64,000 nucleotides of DNA from an uncultured Gammaproteobacteria bacterium (GTDB lineage Bacteria > Pseudomonadota > Gammaproteobacteria > Steroidobacterales > Steroidobacteraceae). The notes under the pieces were generated by a model. It searched no databases. It was not told the DNA's origin and saw only the letters and a list, made by a program, of their open reading frames with translations. The stretch covers positions 905,210-969,209 of the forward strand of contig CAWHRH010000002.1 in assembly GCA_963831765.1 (NCBI GenBank). Direction: 5' to 3'. Every line of letters begins with the position of its first letter. Position 1 is the first letter of the stretch. Both the position numbers and the translations under genes were made by a program. Below are positions 46,167-60,842 of the stretch, piece by piece.

Positions 46167-47424
46167 GCAGCGTAAGGGATTTGATGCAGGGCATCGGCGT
46201 TGCGGCGCGGGCGGCTGCCCGGGTCCTGGCTTTCGCGCCGGAGCAACAAAAGAATCGCGCGCTGCTCGAGGGCGCGGCGGCGCTGCGCGGGTCGCGCGCC
46301 GCGATACTGGCCGCCAACTCAGAGGATTTACGCGAAGCAGGCGAGGGCCTGTCAGCGGCACTGCTCGATCGGCTGCGTCTCGACGAGGTGCGCGTTGAGT
46401 CCATGGCGCAGGGTTTGAGCGACATCGCCGGACTCGCGGATCCCATCGGGGTTCGACTGGCGCATTGGTCGCGCCCCAACGGGATGCGAATCGAGCGCGT
46501 CCGCGTGCCCTTGGGAGTGATCGGCATCATTTATGAGAGCCGGCCCAATGTCACTGCCGATGCCGGCGCCCTGTGTCTGAAGTCCGGCAATGCCGTGATC
46601 CTGCGCGGCGGCTCGGAGAGCGCGAAATCCAGTGCGGCAATCCATGCCTGTCTGCAACAGGGACTGAAAGTTGCGGGCTTGCCGGACGCATCGATTCAAG
46701 GCGTGCCGACCACGGATCGGGCGGCGGTCGGCCACATGCTGGCCGAGATGACGGATAGCATCGATGTCATCGTGCCGCGGGGCGGCAAAAGCTTGATTGC
46801 GCGTGTGCAGAAGGAAGCACGCGTGCCGGTGATCGGGCACCTGGAAGGCGTTTGCCATGTTTTTATCGATCGCGGCGCAAATCTCGATATGGCGCGGCGC
46901 ATCGTGGTGAATGCCAAGATGCGGCGCACCGGCGTGTGCGGCTCGGCGGAGACCTTGCTGGTCGATCGCGCCTGCGCGCCAACTCATCTTGCGCCTCTGA
47001 TCAAGGCCCTGCTCGATGCCGGCTGTGAAGTTCGCGGCGATGAGCTGGCCGCCAAATCGGACGCCCGGGTGAAGACCGGCCGTCGAGCAAGACTGGTATG
47101 CCGAATATCTCGACGCCATTATCGCGGTGCGTGTCGTCGACGACGTGGCCGCGGCCATTGCGCACATCGCCCAATACGGTTCGCAGCACACCGACTGCAT
47201 CGTTACGGACGATCTGGCGGCGGCCGAACGGTTTCTTACGCGAGGTCGACAGCGCCATCGTGCTTCACAATGCCTCGACGCAGTTTGCCGATGGCGGCGA
47301 ATTCGGCATGGGTGCCGAAATCGGCATTAGCACCGACAAGTTCCATGCGCGCGGCCCGGTCGGCGTTGAACAACTGACCAGTTATAAGTATCTCGTCCGG
47401 GGAAGCGGCCAAATCCGCGAGTAG
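46163..47424 (+). pseudogene. proA: gamma-glutamyl phosphate reductase, two frame changes
   Basis: TTG 46163 overlaps the proB stop. Track ORF 46163..47377, then 47098..47424 (...[42 protein letters not shown]). Confidence 0.85.
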
Positions 47425-47552
47425 GAGCCTTTCCGCCGCGCGGATTGCTCGGAACGGCTCCCTGACCGCCCGCCATTATGTAAATTTGTCGGACGCCGCA
47501 CAGAATTCCGCCCGCCGAGGCGGTGCAATGCCGACACCTCCTGAATCGATAG

Positions 47553-50692
<3,140 letters not shown>

Positions 50693-50695
50693 TGA

Positions 50696-51265
50696 TCACC
50701 GGCCGCGAATACCCCGAGCGGACCGTGCTCGATCAGGACCATGCCGCAATTGGGCGGCACATGCGCTGCCTCCCACGTCGCGCGCGACATACGCCCAGAG
50801 CGTCATCATCACGCCCGCCGTGGCTGACCACGACGATGTCCTGGCCGGCATGCGTCTGCGCCAAGCGATCAAGAATCGGGCCGACGCGCGCCTGCACCTC
50901 CTCGTAGCTCTCGCCGCCCTCGGGTTTCCACGCCCACGGCCGCGCCGGATCGTAGTCCGGCGTCCTGCAGAAATGAATCGTATGGCCTGCCCCGATGCAC
51001 GCCGATCTCGCGCTCGTGCAGATTGACTTCGACTTCGAGCGGTACGCCGAGCGCGCCGGCAATGATGCGCGCGGTCTCGCTGGCGCGCACATAGGCGCTC
51101 GTGACCACCAGCTTGGGATGAAACAGCTGCGCGATGCGGCGCGCGGCCGCTTGCGCCTGTGCAGTAGCCCAATTCGGTCAGCGGCAATTCATGCGGCTGA
51201 ATCGCAAAAATGCGCTCGCGATTGCCCGAGCTTTCGCCATGCCGGACCAGGATCAGTCTGCTCAT
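50696..51265 (-). pseudogene. histidine phosphatase family protein, several frame changes
   Basis: ATG 51265 (MSRLILVRHGESSGN) in track ORF 50696..51694. Further pieces in 50869..51108 and 50733..51092. The exact stop is uncertain. Confidence 0.6.
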
Positions 51266-52017
51266 GCGCGATGCGAATCGTGCAGGGCGGCAATCGCCCG
51301 CAGCCAGGCGCGCACCGCCGGCGACATCGTCCAGGCTGATATTGCCCGTGCACGCGATCGCCGACGCCGATCGAGATGCCGCCGTGCGCCTCGACCATGG
51401 CGAATCCGTCCTGGTCGGTGAGATCATCGCCGAGCGAATACCGGCCGCCTGCCGCTGAACGGCGGCTCCTTCATGAACGCCTTGATCGCGGTGGCCTTGT
51501 TGAATCCGCGCGGCTTGATTTCCAACAGCATGTTTCCGTCTTGGATGTGATAGTTGCTGCCGAGCGGTCTTGGCGATCTCGACATCGCCTCGGCGAATCG
51601 ACGTTCGTGAATTGCGGCGCCATGCGGAAGTGTACGGCGATGGTCCGCTCCTTGTCCTCCATGAGCGTTCCCGGGGTGCGCCTCGACCAAGCATCGGATC
51701 GCCGCGCGCGCGCGATCGAGCTGGGAGTCAACAAAGCTCGCGCCCTGCATTCGCTCCGCCGGCCTTGCGCCGCTCCACTCCATGCAGACCGGCCGCCGGC
51801 ATTGCAGCGGCGCAAACAGTTCATCGAGGTTGCGAATCGTCCGGCCGCTCACCAGCGCGAGCGCGCCTCCAAGACGATCCGACACGTCGCGCAGCAGCGT
51901 CTTGATCTCAGGATCGGCATCGCTTTGCGACGGCGTATCGGTCAGTTCGATCAGCGTTCCATCAACATCCAAAAACAAGCACCAATCGAGCGAGGGCGGC
52001 GGTGGAGCTTGCTTCAT
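51262..52017 (-). pseudogene. HAD-IIB phosphatase (trehalose-6-phosphate phosphatase-like), several frame changes
   Basis: ATG 52017 (MKQAPPPPSLDWCLFLDVDGTLIE) in track ORF 51424..53058. Later pieces in 51471..51824 and 51189..51398. TGA overlaps the next ATG (ATGA). Confidence 0.55.
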
Positions 52018-53185
52018 GCAGCGGCTTTTGCGAATGCATCGAGGCGCTCGGCCGCGGCCTCGAGCGTGGTCATCGCGCTTCGCGATGCACAGCCGCACCA
52101 GGGTCATGCGCGGCGGCTCCGCGTAGAACGGCGACAGCGGAATCGTGGCAACTTTCGCCTCGCGGATCAGGCGGTCGGCGAAAGTCGATCGTCTTCTCTG
52201 GCTCAAGGCTCCGTAATCCACCAGCTGAAAATAGGTGCCGGCCGCCGGTACCGGTTCGAGATCCCGAGCCACGCAGCAGCCCGGCAGCAGATCGCGCTTG
52301 ACCTCGAAGAACGCCGACAGACCGTGCCAGGCATCGGGATAGGCGCGAAAGATAGCGGGCGATGGCGTGCTGCAGCGGGGACGACGATGCTGAAGGTGTT
52401 GAACTGGTGCACTTTGCGAAGTTCGCGCGTCAATGCGGGTGGCGCGACGCAGTAGCCGATTCGCCATCCGGTTGCGTGCAGTGTTTTGCCGAAGGAGAAA
52501 CACCGCGTAGCTGCGCTCGCGCAATTCCGGATGCGCGAGCACCGAGTGCATGCCGCCGCCCATCGAACAGCACGTGTTCATACACCTCATCGGCAAGAAC
52601 GGTGATCGGGCCGATCGCGCATGCACGCGGCGAGGGCGTCGAGGTCCTCGCGCGGCCGCCACCGTGCAGCTGGGATTTTGCGGACTGTTGATGATGATGA
52701 GCCGGGTGCGCTCGCTCAAGTGCGCGCCGCACCTCGTCCCAATCGAAGCGAAATGCCGGGGGCGCAAACGCGATGCGCACGCAGCGGCCGCCCGCGAGGC
52801 GCACCGCCGGCTCGTAGGCATCGTAGGCGGGATCGAAAATGATGACTTCGTCGCCCGGCTCCCACGACCGCTTGGATGGCATCGTACAGAGCTTCGGTGG
52901 CGCCGCAGGTGACCGTGATCTCGGCTGCGGATCGAAGCGGCGCTGATAGCAGGTGAATCGAGCTTGGCGGAGATTTGCTCGCGCAGTTCGATCGCGCCTT
53001 CCATCGGCGCGTATTGATTGCGACCCTCGCCGACCACCTCGATCAGCGAGCTCGCCAAGCGCGGATCGATCGCGATAGTCCGGAAATCCCTGGCCGATGT
53101 TGAGCGCGTTCTCCTCCAGCGCGCGGCGCGACATCACGGTGAATATCGTGGTGCCAACGTCGGGCAATTTGCTGGTGAATCGCAA
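52014..53185 (-). pseudogene. class I/II PLP aminotransferase (YbdL/MalY-like), several frame changes
   Basis: TTG 53185 (MRFTSKLPDVGTTIFTVMS) in track ORF 52430..53185. Pieces in 51424..53058 and 52203..52433 (TRELRKVHQFNTFS). TGA overlaps the HAD phosphatase ATG. Confidence 0.65.
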
Positions 53186-53186
53186 C

Positions 53187-54242
53187 TCAATGCTCCAAGC
53201 TTCTGCAAGCCCGCCGAGCGAGCGAGCGCACCGCGACTCCGCGTTTGCGCAACTCGCGCGCCGCCGCCAAGCTGCGCTTGCCCGATGCGCACACCAGCAG
53301 CACCGCGCGTGCCGGATTCAAGCAGCTCGGGATCCGCCAGCAGCGTCTGCATGGGAATATGCCGCGACGTGATGGGCTGAGCGGCGAATTCCTCCGCGGT
53401 TCGAATATCGATCACTTCGAGGCCGCGCGCCGCGGCAGCGCAGCAGAGCGATCGGCAGCGCCATCTCGATATCGGGTTCCTCACGCGGCATGCGCTGGAT
53501 ATGCGCGCACGCTGGCGCACGGCACTCGGCGCGGCGCGGCGCCTTGATGCTTCAGTGCTGGAGAAATTCATGAAGTCCAGCAGCAGCAATTCACCTTCGA
53601 GCTGGCCGGACATGCGCAGCAGAATTTTCAAGCGCCAGCAGCGCCTGCAGCGCGCCGAAACGTCCGGGCACGGGCCCCAGGACGCCGGCTTCGGCACAGT
53701 TGCCGACCACGCCGTCGGCCAGTGGCATCCGGCCACAGGCAGCGCAGACAGGCGTGCTCGCGGCTCCGGTTTGTAGACTTGCAGCTGTCCTTCGTATTGG
53801 TAGACGCTGGCGAATACGGCGGGCCGTTGCGCCAGCACGGCGGCATCGTTGATCAAGTACTTGGTGCGAAAATTGTCGCTGCAATCGACGACGATGTCGT
53901 AGGCCGGATCAATTCGAGCGCATTGTCGGCGTTGAATCGAGCGCCGTGAATTTCGACCTGCACCTGCGGGTTGATGCCGCGCGATGGCCGCGCGCGCCAG
54001 ATCGACTTTGGGTTTGCCGATGTCGGCCAGCGCGTAAATCGGCTGCCGGTGCAGGTTGCTGGCATCCAGGATGTCGGCATCGACCAAACCCAGCAGTCCC
54101 ACTCCGGCGCCGGCCAGGTACTGCATCACCGGACTGCCGAGGCCGCCGAGACCGACGATCAGCACGCGCGCTTGCGCAAGCGCGCTTGGCCTTGTGCGCC
54201 GATTTCCTTGAGCAACAGCTGCCGTGAATAATCGGGCTGCAT
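53187..54242 (-). pseudogene. moeB: MoeB/ThiF-type adenylyltransferase fused to a C-terminal rhodanese domain, at least six frame changes
   Basis: ATG 54242 (MQPDYSRQLLLKEIG) with AGGA upstream. VLIVGLGGLGSPVMQYLAGAGVG in track ORF 53134..54306. Further pieces in 53853..54080, 53628..53846 (CLRCLWPD) and 53591..53884. Rhodanese part LEVIDIRTAEEF. TGA 53187..53189 lies 1 nt before the next start. Confidence 0.7.
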
Positions 54243-54244
54243 TC

Positions 54245-54722
54245 CTACTTGGAATCAGCCATCGCAGCGTGATCATGCGGGTGCTTGTGCTGCGGCGCCG
54301 CGGCACAGCGCTCGCAGTTCACCCAGCCGGAGTCGCCGCTGCGATAGTGCTCCTTCTTCCAGATGGGCACGCGGTGCTTCACTTCGTCGATGATGAAGCG
54401 GCAGGCATCGAAGGCTTCGCCGCGGTGTGCGGAACTGACGCCGACCCACACGGCCATCTCACCCAGACTCAACGAGCCCACCCGATGAATGCACAGGGCG
54501 TGCTTCACTCGGGAAGCGCCGCAGCGCTTCGGCGACGATGCGATCGCCTTCCTTCACCGCCAGCTCCTGAAATGCCTCGTATTCCAGCCGCGTGACCTCT
54601 TGCCCTTCATTTTGATCGCGCACCCAGCCCTCGAAGCTGACGTAGCCGCCGCAGCCGAGATCCTGCAGTTCCGCCGCGTGCACCTGCGTGTCGATGGCTG
54701 CGTTGGTGAAGCGAAATCGCAT
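54245..54722 (-). pseudogene. moaE: molybdopterin synthase catalytic subunit MoaE, one frame break
   Basis: ATG 54722 (MRFRFTNAAIDTQV...YVSFEGWVRD) in track ORF 54459..54989. C-terminus from 54245..54508 (CIHRVGSLSLGEMAVWVGVSSAHRGEAF...PIWKKE). Confidence 0.75.
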
Positions 54723-54962
54723 CAGCCGCCCGCCACCGGAGGAATGAAGACCACTGCGTCGCCCGCGGCTAAGTTTTCGCGACCAGTCGCTGAATTCGCT
54801 GTTGACCGCCACTTTCAACTGCTCGCGCGACAGCGTGAAGCCGTAGCGGGCGACCAGTTCGCCGTACAGGTCCGCCGGCGTGGCTGCCGAAGTTTCGAGC
54901 GTTTCCTCGGAGCGGCCGGCCTGCTCGCGCATCAAGGCGTAGTACTGAATTTTCAATTGCAT
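54722..54962 (-). pseudogene. moaD: molybdopterin synthase sulfur-carrier subunit MoaD, one frame break
   Basis: ATG 54962 ([16 protein letters not shown]) in track ORF 54459..54989. The C-terminus AGDAVVFIPPVAGG-stop is in another frame. TGA overlaps the moaE ATG (TGATG). Confidence 0.65.
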
Positions 54963-55570
54963 GGCGGGCTGGTGCTCCGAGAGTCGCAACGAGCTTGCGC
55001 ATATTCCTCGGGAGTATTGACGTTGTCGAGTGCGCGCGGATCAAAGGGCTCGAGCAAGCGCGCGCCGTGGCGCATGAGAAATTTTCGCGGACAGTGGCCG
55101 CCGCCGGCTTGATATTCGGCCAGCGCCCTCGCCGCGGCGGGTTCCCAGATGGCGCACAGCGGCTCCGGCAAGCCATCGTGCGCGCTGCTGTAGGCGGTGG
55201 CGCAAACGCGCCGCGGATCGCGCTCGCGCAGCAGCTGTTCGAGCGCCGCGTCGGACAGAAACGGCAGATCGCACGCCAGCACCAACCAAGCAACCTCGGG
55301 ATGCGCGGCGAGCGCGGAGCGAATGCCGACGATCGGCCCCTCGCCTGTCACCGAATCGACGATCATGGGCTGCTGCGCGCGCAGCGGATCAAGCGTTTGA
55401 TCGGCGCGCACCGATACAAAAACCTGCGGGACATGCCGGCTCGCAAGTGCGAAGGCGCGATCCAGCTGCGTGCTGCCCCTGTAGTGGAGCGCGGCTTTGT
55501 CGCGATGCATGCGCGAACTGGAGCCGCCGGCGAGGATGAGGCCGTAGATCGTCCTGGGCGCCATGCTCAT
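54953..55570 (-). CDS. mobA: MobA-like molybdenum cofactor nucleotidyltransferase
   Basis: ATG 55570 ([21 protein letters not shown]...LACDLPFL) within track ORF 54953..56005. Overlaps the moaC stop (ATGA). The C-terminal residues are uncertain. Confidence 0.65.
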   Translation of the reverse strand: MSMAPRTIYGLILAGGSSSRMHRDKAALHYRGSTQLDRAFALASRHVPQVFVSVRADQTLDPLRAQQPMIVDSVTGEGPIVGIRSALAAHPEVAWLVLACDLPFLSDAALEQLLRERDPRRVCATAYSSAHDGLPEPLCAIWEPAAARALAEYQAGGGHCPRKFLMRHGARLLEPFDPRALDNVNTPEEYAQARCDSRSTSPPCN

Positions 55571-56045
55571 GGCGTCCCTGCCGAGTAGCTGCTCTTGCCG
55601 CCTTCCTTGGCCAGCAGGCGCACATCGCCGATGACGATGTCGTGCGATAGACGCCTTGCACATGTCGTAAACCGTCAGCGCGGCGATGCTGGCGCCGGTG
55701 AGCGCCTCCATCTCGACGCCGGTTTTGTGATGCACGCTCACCGTGCAGCGAATGACGGCCGAATCGCCGTCCAGATCGATGGCGATGCGGCAATTCTCGA
55801 GCCCCAGCGGGTGGCAGAACGGAATGAGTTCGTGCGTGCGCTTCGCCGCCATGACGCCGGCGACGATCGCGGTATCGAACACCGGGCCCTTCGGCGAGCG
55901 CAGGCCGCTGTCGCGCAGCGCCGCGGCGACCCCGGCCGGAAACTGCACGCGCGCCTCGGCGGTGGCGGTGCGCTTGGTCGCCGCCTTGTCGCTGACGTCG
56001 ACCATGGTGGGACGCTGATCGGCAGTCCAAATGAGTGAAGGTCAT
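55567..56045 (-). pseudogene. moaC: cyclic pyranopterin monophosphate synthase MoaC, two frame changes
   Basis: ATG 56045 (MTFTHLD). Core from track ORF 54953..56005 ([14 protein letters not shown]...[10 protein letters not shown]...[22 protein letters not shown]). C-terminus [20 protein letters not shown] in a third frame. Confidence 0.8.
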
Positions 56046-56049
56046 GACT

Positions 56050-57105
56050 TCAGCCGCCGATGTAGTACATCTCGATCTTCTTCGATCTCGGCGTCCTTGC
56101 CGCGCAATTCCTCGCGAAGCTCGCTGTAGCGATCGGTGCGCCCGTTCCAGACGCCGCGAATCAGACTTGCAGCATTTCGGCATCGTCGGCGCCCGCCGCG
56201 CAGCGGCGCGCGCAGATCGATTCCCTGGGTGGCGAACAGGCAGGTGTAGAACTTGCCTTCGGAGGACAGGCGCGCGCGGCTGCAGGCGCCGCAAAACGGC
56301 TGCGACACCGAGGATATGAAGCCGACTTCGCCGCCGCCGTCGTCGAAGCGCCAGCGCTGCGCGACTTCGCCATGGTAATTTTCCGATATCGGGTGCATCG
56401 GCCAGCGCGCGTTGATGCGGGCCGCCAGTTCGCGCGACGGCACCACCATGTCGGGCCGCCAGTGATTGCGATTGCCGACATCCATGAATTCGATGAAGCG
56501 CACGATCACCGGCGAGCCGCGAAAGCGCTCGACCAGATCGAGCGCCGTGTGATCGTTCACGCCGCGCTCGATCACGGCGTTGATCTTGACCGGCGACAAG
56601 CCGGCGGCGATGGCAGCGTCGATGCCGCCCAAGACCTGGTCGAGCGCGCCGAATCCGCCGCTCAAGCGCGCGAAAATTTCCTTGTCCAGGGTATCCAAGC
56701 TGACGGTGACGCGCTGCAGGCCGTTGGCGTGAAGATCGACGGCATGCTTGGCCAGCAGTACGCCGTTGGTGGTCAGCGCGATGTCGTCGATGCCCGGGAA
56801 TGCCGGTCAAGTCGCCGACCAGATCAGCGAGATTGGCGCGCAGCAGCGGCTCGCCGCCGGTGAGGCGCAGCTTGCGCACGCCCAAGCGCGGCGAACAGTT
56901 TCGCCAAGCGCACGATTTCATCGAACGACAGGCGCTCGTGAGATTTCAGAAACTGATAGTTCTCGTGAAACTGCTCCTTCGGCATGCAGTAGGGGCAGCG
57001 AAAATTGCAACGGTCCATGACCGAGATGCGCAAGTCGTGCAGCGGACGGCCGAGCCGATCGAGCGGATTCTGCGCGCCGCGAATGTCGTGAATGATGGAA
57101 GTCAT
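56050..57105 (-). pseudogene. moaA: GTP 3',8-cyclase MoaA (radical SAM), at least four frame changes
   Basis: ATG 57105 (MTSIIHD...[18 protein letters not shown]) in track ORF 56824..57393. Pieces in 55389..56921 and 56042..56698. The family-typical end KIEMYYIGG-stop is in another frame (TGA 56050..56052). Confidence 0.85.
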
Positions 57106-57116
57106 GGCGATTGAGG

Positions 57117-58336
57117 TTACCAGCGGTAAACGCTGGTGACGAAGCCTTTCGGGTAGGTGTTGGGACCCGGCGGCAATTCCACAAAACCGTCGGTGCCCGC
57201 CAGGCTCAAGAAAATCCCCCGATCCATTCGGCGGCCGCGGATTTGCCCACGGACGGCCCCAATCATCGTGCTCGATGATCGACCGGCAGGAAGTAGGCCA
57301 GCGCCGGCTTGAAGGTGACCGGCGCGGCCAGCGCCAGGCGCTCGGGCGGCGCGCGCTTGGTGCCCATCGCTTCGGCGATGGCGGGAATGACATAGCGGAT
57401 CAGGCACACCAGGGTCGAGACCGGATTGCCGGGCAATCCAAAGACCGACTGTCCCTGCGGGCCGATGCCAAACCACATCGGCTTGCCCGGCCGTTGCGCG
57501 ACGTTGTGAAACACCTCTTGCACGCCGAGCTGCATCAGCACCTTGGGCACGAGATCGAACTTGCCCATGGACACGCCGCCGCTCAAGACCACCACTTCGT
57601 GGGTGGTCAGATGCAGTGCAAGCCGCTCGCGCAGCATGTTTTCATCATCGGGCACATGATCGTCGCCGACACGGCCGAATCCGCGCCTGCGCAAGGTGGC
57701 GGCGACGGCATAGGCATTGGAGCGGCGCACTTGAAAGTCGGCGATCGGATCGCCGGGTTCGATCAACTCATCGCCGGTCGAGACACGACCATGATCGCCG
57801 GTTGACTGCTCACACGCACGCGCGCCATTCCGGCCGAGGCGGCCACGGCGATTTCCGGCGCGCGCAGCAGAGTCCCGGACTCCAGCAGACAGTCGGCCCT
57901 GACGGCTGTCGCGCCGCGCCGGTGAATGTTGTGATAGGGCGAGTTGACGACCGTCGCATTGAGCGAGGCGAAGCCATCGATCACATCCAACTGTTCGATC
58001 GGGAATGACGTTGTCGCAGCCGAGCGGCAGAATCGCACCCGGTCATGACTTCGATCGCCTCGTCGCTGGTGCTGAGCTTGAGGGGCGGCGCGCCGGCCGC
58101 TTGGACTCCCTGAATGCGAAAGCGGCGCTGGCCCTGCGCAGCGCCTCGCTGTCCACCGCGATGCCATCCATGGTGACGCGGTCGAACGGCGGATGGTCGC
58201 GTTCCGCATAAATATTCTCGCGCAGTGTTCCCCCGACACACTGCGTGAGCGGCAGTGATTCGATCGGCAAACACGTCAGCCGAGAGTAGATCGCCTCTTC
58301 GGCCAGACGCGGCGTAATGAGCGTACCAGCCTGCAT
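57117..58336 (-). pseudogene. moeA: molybdopterin molybdenumtransferase MoeA, at least four frame changes
   Basis: Track ORFs 58043..58336 (start), 57981..58274, 57763..58239, 57263..57766 (VVVLSGGVSMGKFD, GLPGNPVS), 56824..57393 and 57117..57476 (end). Confidence 0.8.
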
Positions 58337-58376
58337 AGTTTCAAAGTGGCGGCGGAGCGATCCGCCGCACTGAACG

Positions 58377-58756
58377 TCATGACTTCTGCTGTTTCGCTTT
58401 GAAAATCTTCAGCTGTTCGTTGAAGCGGCCAACCACCGCCTGCAGTTCATCGACGGCCGCGTTGTGCTTCTGCACCAGAGCCTTCTGTTGCTGTCCGCCT
58501 TTTTCTTCTCGTCCGGCGTCAGCTTCGACGGATCCTTTGGGCGCGGCATCCATTTCCAGCTTGCAGGCAGTCCAGATAGGCATTCATTTCGCCGTTGTAG
58601 CGGTCGAAAGTCGTGCTTGGCGGCGATCATTTCATCCTTGGTGGCGGTGCTGCCGTCGGGGGGCGCATCGGGCGATTGCGGATAAGAGCAGGTCGCCTGA
58701 GCATGGGCGGCGAAGCCGAAGGCGAAAACAAGCGTGAGCGGTATCCAAGCCTTCAT
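58377..58756 (-). pseudogene. hypothetical periplasmic protein, frame changes
   Basis: Signal peptide MKAWIPLTLVFAFGFAAHAQA in track ORF 58409..58756. C-terminal coiled part in 58377..58583. AAAGAGGA Shine-Dalgarno before the ATG. Confidence 0.4.
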
Positions 58757-59050
58757 CGGGAATCCTCTTTATCGGTACGATATGAGTGAAACGGACCCAG
58801 TATGATCTTACGGCCAAGGGCGAAGGCCGCCAGCGCGGCAACGCTGCCTGTAAGCATCTGATTTGGAGCTTTATTTGATCATCGGCGGATCAGGATAGTT
58901 CCCGTGAACCGGCCGCCGCGCCAGGGTAGCCGGGACAGCTAATTCAGCTCACAATGCCGCAAAATCCTGCGCCGGCGGGATGTCGAGATCGTGTCGTCGC
59001 CGTTCGACTAGGTAACGGCGAATCGCGCCGCAACGGCTTAGGAACTCGAT

Positions 59051-59405
59051 ATGAACTACCTATTACTCATTTACAGCAACGAAGCAGGAGACCATGGCGC
59101 TGCGGCGAATCCGAGCTCAAGAAAGATGACGGATGAATACATGGAATTTACCAAATCGATCGTGCAGGCCGGCCAATTCAAGGCCGGCGACCGGCTCAAG
59201 CCGGTCATCGACGGCCTCCACCGTGCGCGTGCGCAACGGCAAGGTGGCGATCACCGATGGACCCTTTGCGGAAACGCGCGAGCAATTGGGCGGCTACTAC
59301 CTGATCGAGGCCAAGAATCTCGACGAGGCCACTGCGATCGCAGCACGCATCCCCGGCGCCCGATACGGCAGCATCGAAGTGCGGCCGGTGTGGCCGATGA
59401 GCTGA
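59051..59405 (+). pseudogene. YciI-family protein, two frame changes
   Basis: MNYLLLIYSNEAG in track ORF 59051..59710. C-terminal two thirds in 59133..59405 (VAITDGPFAETREQLGGYYLIEAKNLDEA). Confidence 0.65.
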
Positions 59406-60672
59406 CGACAACTGCGGTCATTGCAATAGCGCGGCACCGGGCAGTGATCGAGGAAATCTTTCGCCGGGAGGCAGGTCGGGTGCTCGCGACCTTGATCCGC
59501 TTGCTCGGCGATTTCGACTTGGCCGAAGAAGCGCGGCAAGAGGCGTTCGCCGCGGCCATCGAACAATGGCCGGCGCATGGCATCCCGCACAATCCGTGTG
59601 CGTGGCTGATCAAGACCGGCCGCAACAAGGCGGTCGACCGCATTCGCCGCGATGTCGTTGTTCCGGACAAAGATCGTCGATCGAGAACTGGCCGCGGCCG
59701 CCGCGGATGAAGCGGGCTCGACGACGCCGACGAGGCGGTGTTCGGCGACGATAGGCTGCGTCTCATATTTCACCTGCTGCCATCCCGCGCTCAACCCCGA
59801 GGCGCAGATCGCACTGACGTTGCGCGAAGTGTGCGGACTGATCCACGCAGGCGGTGGCGCGCGCATTTCCTGGTCGGCGAAGAAACCATGGCGCAGCGCC
59901 TGGTGCGCGCCAAGAAAAAGATTCGCGACGCCGGCATTCCCTACGAAACGCCCGATCCGTCGGTGCTCGATCAGCGAATCGAAGGCGTGCTGGCGGTGGT
60001 GTACGGCGTGTTCACGGAAGGCTATGCGGCAACCGCGGGCCCGAACTGATCGATGTCGAGCTGTGCGGCGAAGCCATCCGCCTGGGCACGGTTGCTCGAT
60101 GCACTGCTGCCGAACAATGCCGCCGTGATGGGACTGCTGGCGCTGATGCTGTTGCACGATGCGCGCCGCCCCTCCCGGGTGTCCGACGCCGGCGACGTGG
60201 TCTTGCTCGATGATCAGGATCGATCGCGGTGGGATCAGCGCGAAATCGAAGAAGGCCTGATTCTGGTGGACAAGTCCTTGAGCATTCCGGGATAGGTGAG
60301 TGCCTATGCCGTGCAAGCGGCGATCGCCGCCTTGCACGTCAGGGCCGGAGAACAAGCAGGCCACCGACTGGCCGCAGATCGTGGGGTTGTACGAGGTGCT
60401 GCTGCGGCTGCAACCCACCCCCGTGATCGAATTGAATCACGCCGTTGCCGTTTCGATGGTCGACGGCGCGGCGCGCGCACTGGATTTGGTCGATTCACTC
60501 GCCGCGCGCGGCAGGGTCGATGCAGTATCACCTGCTGCATGCGGCGCGCGGCCGCTTTCTGCAGCAACTCGGGCGTCTTGATGAGGCACGCGAGGCTTAC
60601 GCAACCGCGTTGAATACCGCGACGCTGGAGCCGGAGCGCCGCTTTCTCGCGGGGCGAATCGCAGCCATCTAA
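59390..60672 (+). pseudogene. ECF-type RNA polymerase sigma factor with long C-terminal extension (YciI-associated type), at least nine frame changes
   Basis: GTG 59390 overlaps the YciI end. Region 2 EEIFRREAGRVLATLIRLLGDFDLAEEARQEAF. IFTCCHPALNPEAQIALTLREVCGL and MAQRLVRAKKKIRDAGIPYE lie in alternating frames of track ORFs 59051.., 59652.., 59738.., 59854.., 60053.., 60296.., 60300.. and 60445... Confidence 0.7.
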
Positions 60673-60754
60673 GTTTTCAGGTCGATTCGGCTTCGGTGGC
60701 GGGTGGCGCTCGTGAGGTTTCCGAATCGCCTCGCGAACGCTACACTGCGCGCGG

Positions 60755-60828
60755 GCGCCCGTAGCTCAGCTGGATAGAGCACCTGGCTTCGAACCAGGTG
60801 GTCGGCGGTTCGAATCCGTCCGGGCGCG
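60755..60828 (+). tRNA. tRNA-Arg, anticodon UCG
   Basis: 74-nt cloverleaf read by eye: acceptor GCGCCCG/CGGGCGC, D arm GCTC-AGCTGGATA-GAGC, anticodon stem CCTGG/CCAGG with loop CTTCGAA, T arm GGCGG-TTCGAAT-CCGTC, discriminator G. No encoded CCA. Confidence 0.9.
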
Positions 60829-60842
60829 CGCTAAAAATAAAA

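Noticed and set aside
58757-59050. Possible Moco riboswitch or ECF-type promoter in the 294-nt region upstream of the Moco-side operon and the YciI-sigma pair
   Set aside because: Read on both strands, I could not find the conserved Moco-motif core or a convincing GGAAC-N16/17-CGT ECF promoter. Only small hairpins are present (for example CGCCGTT-N9-AACGGCG).
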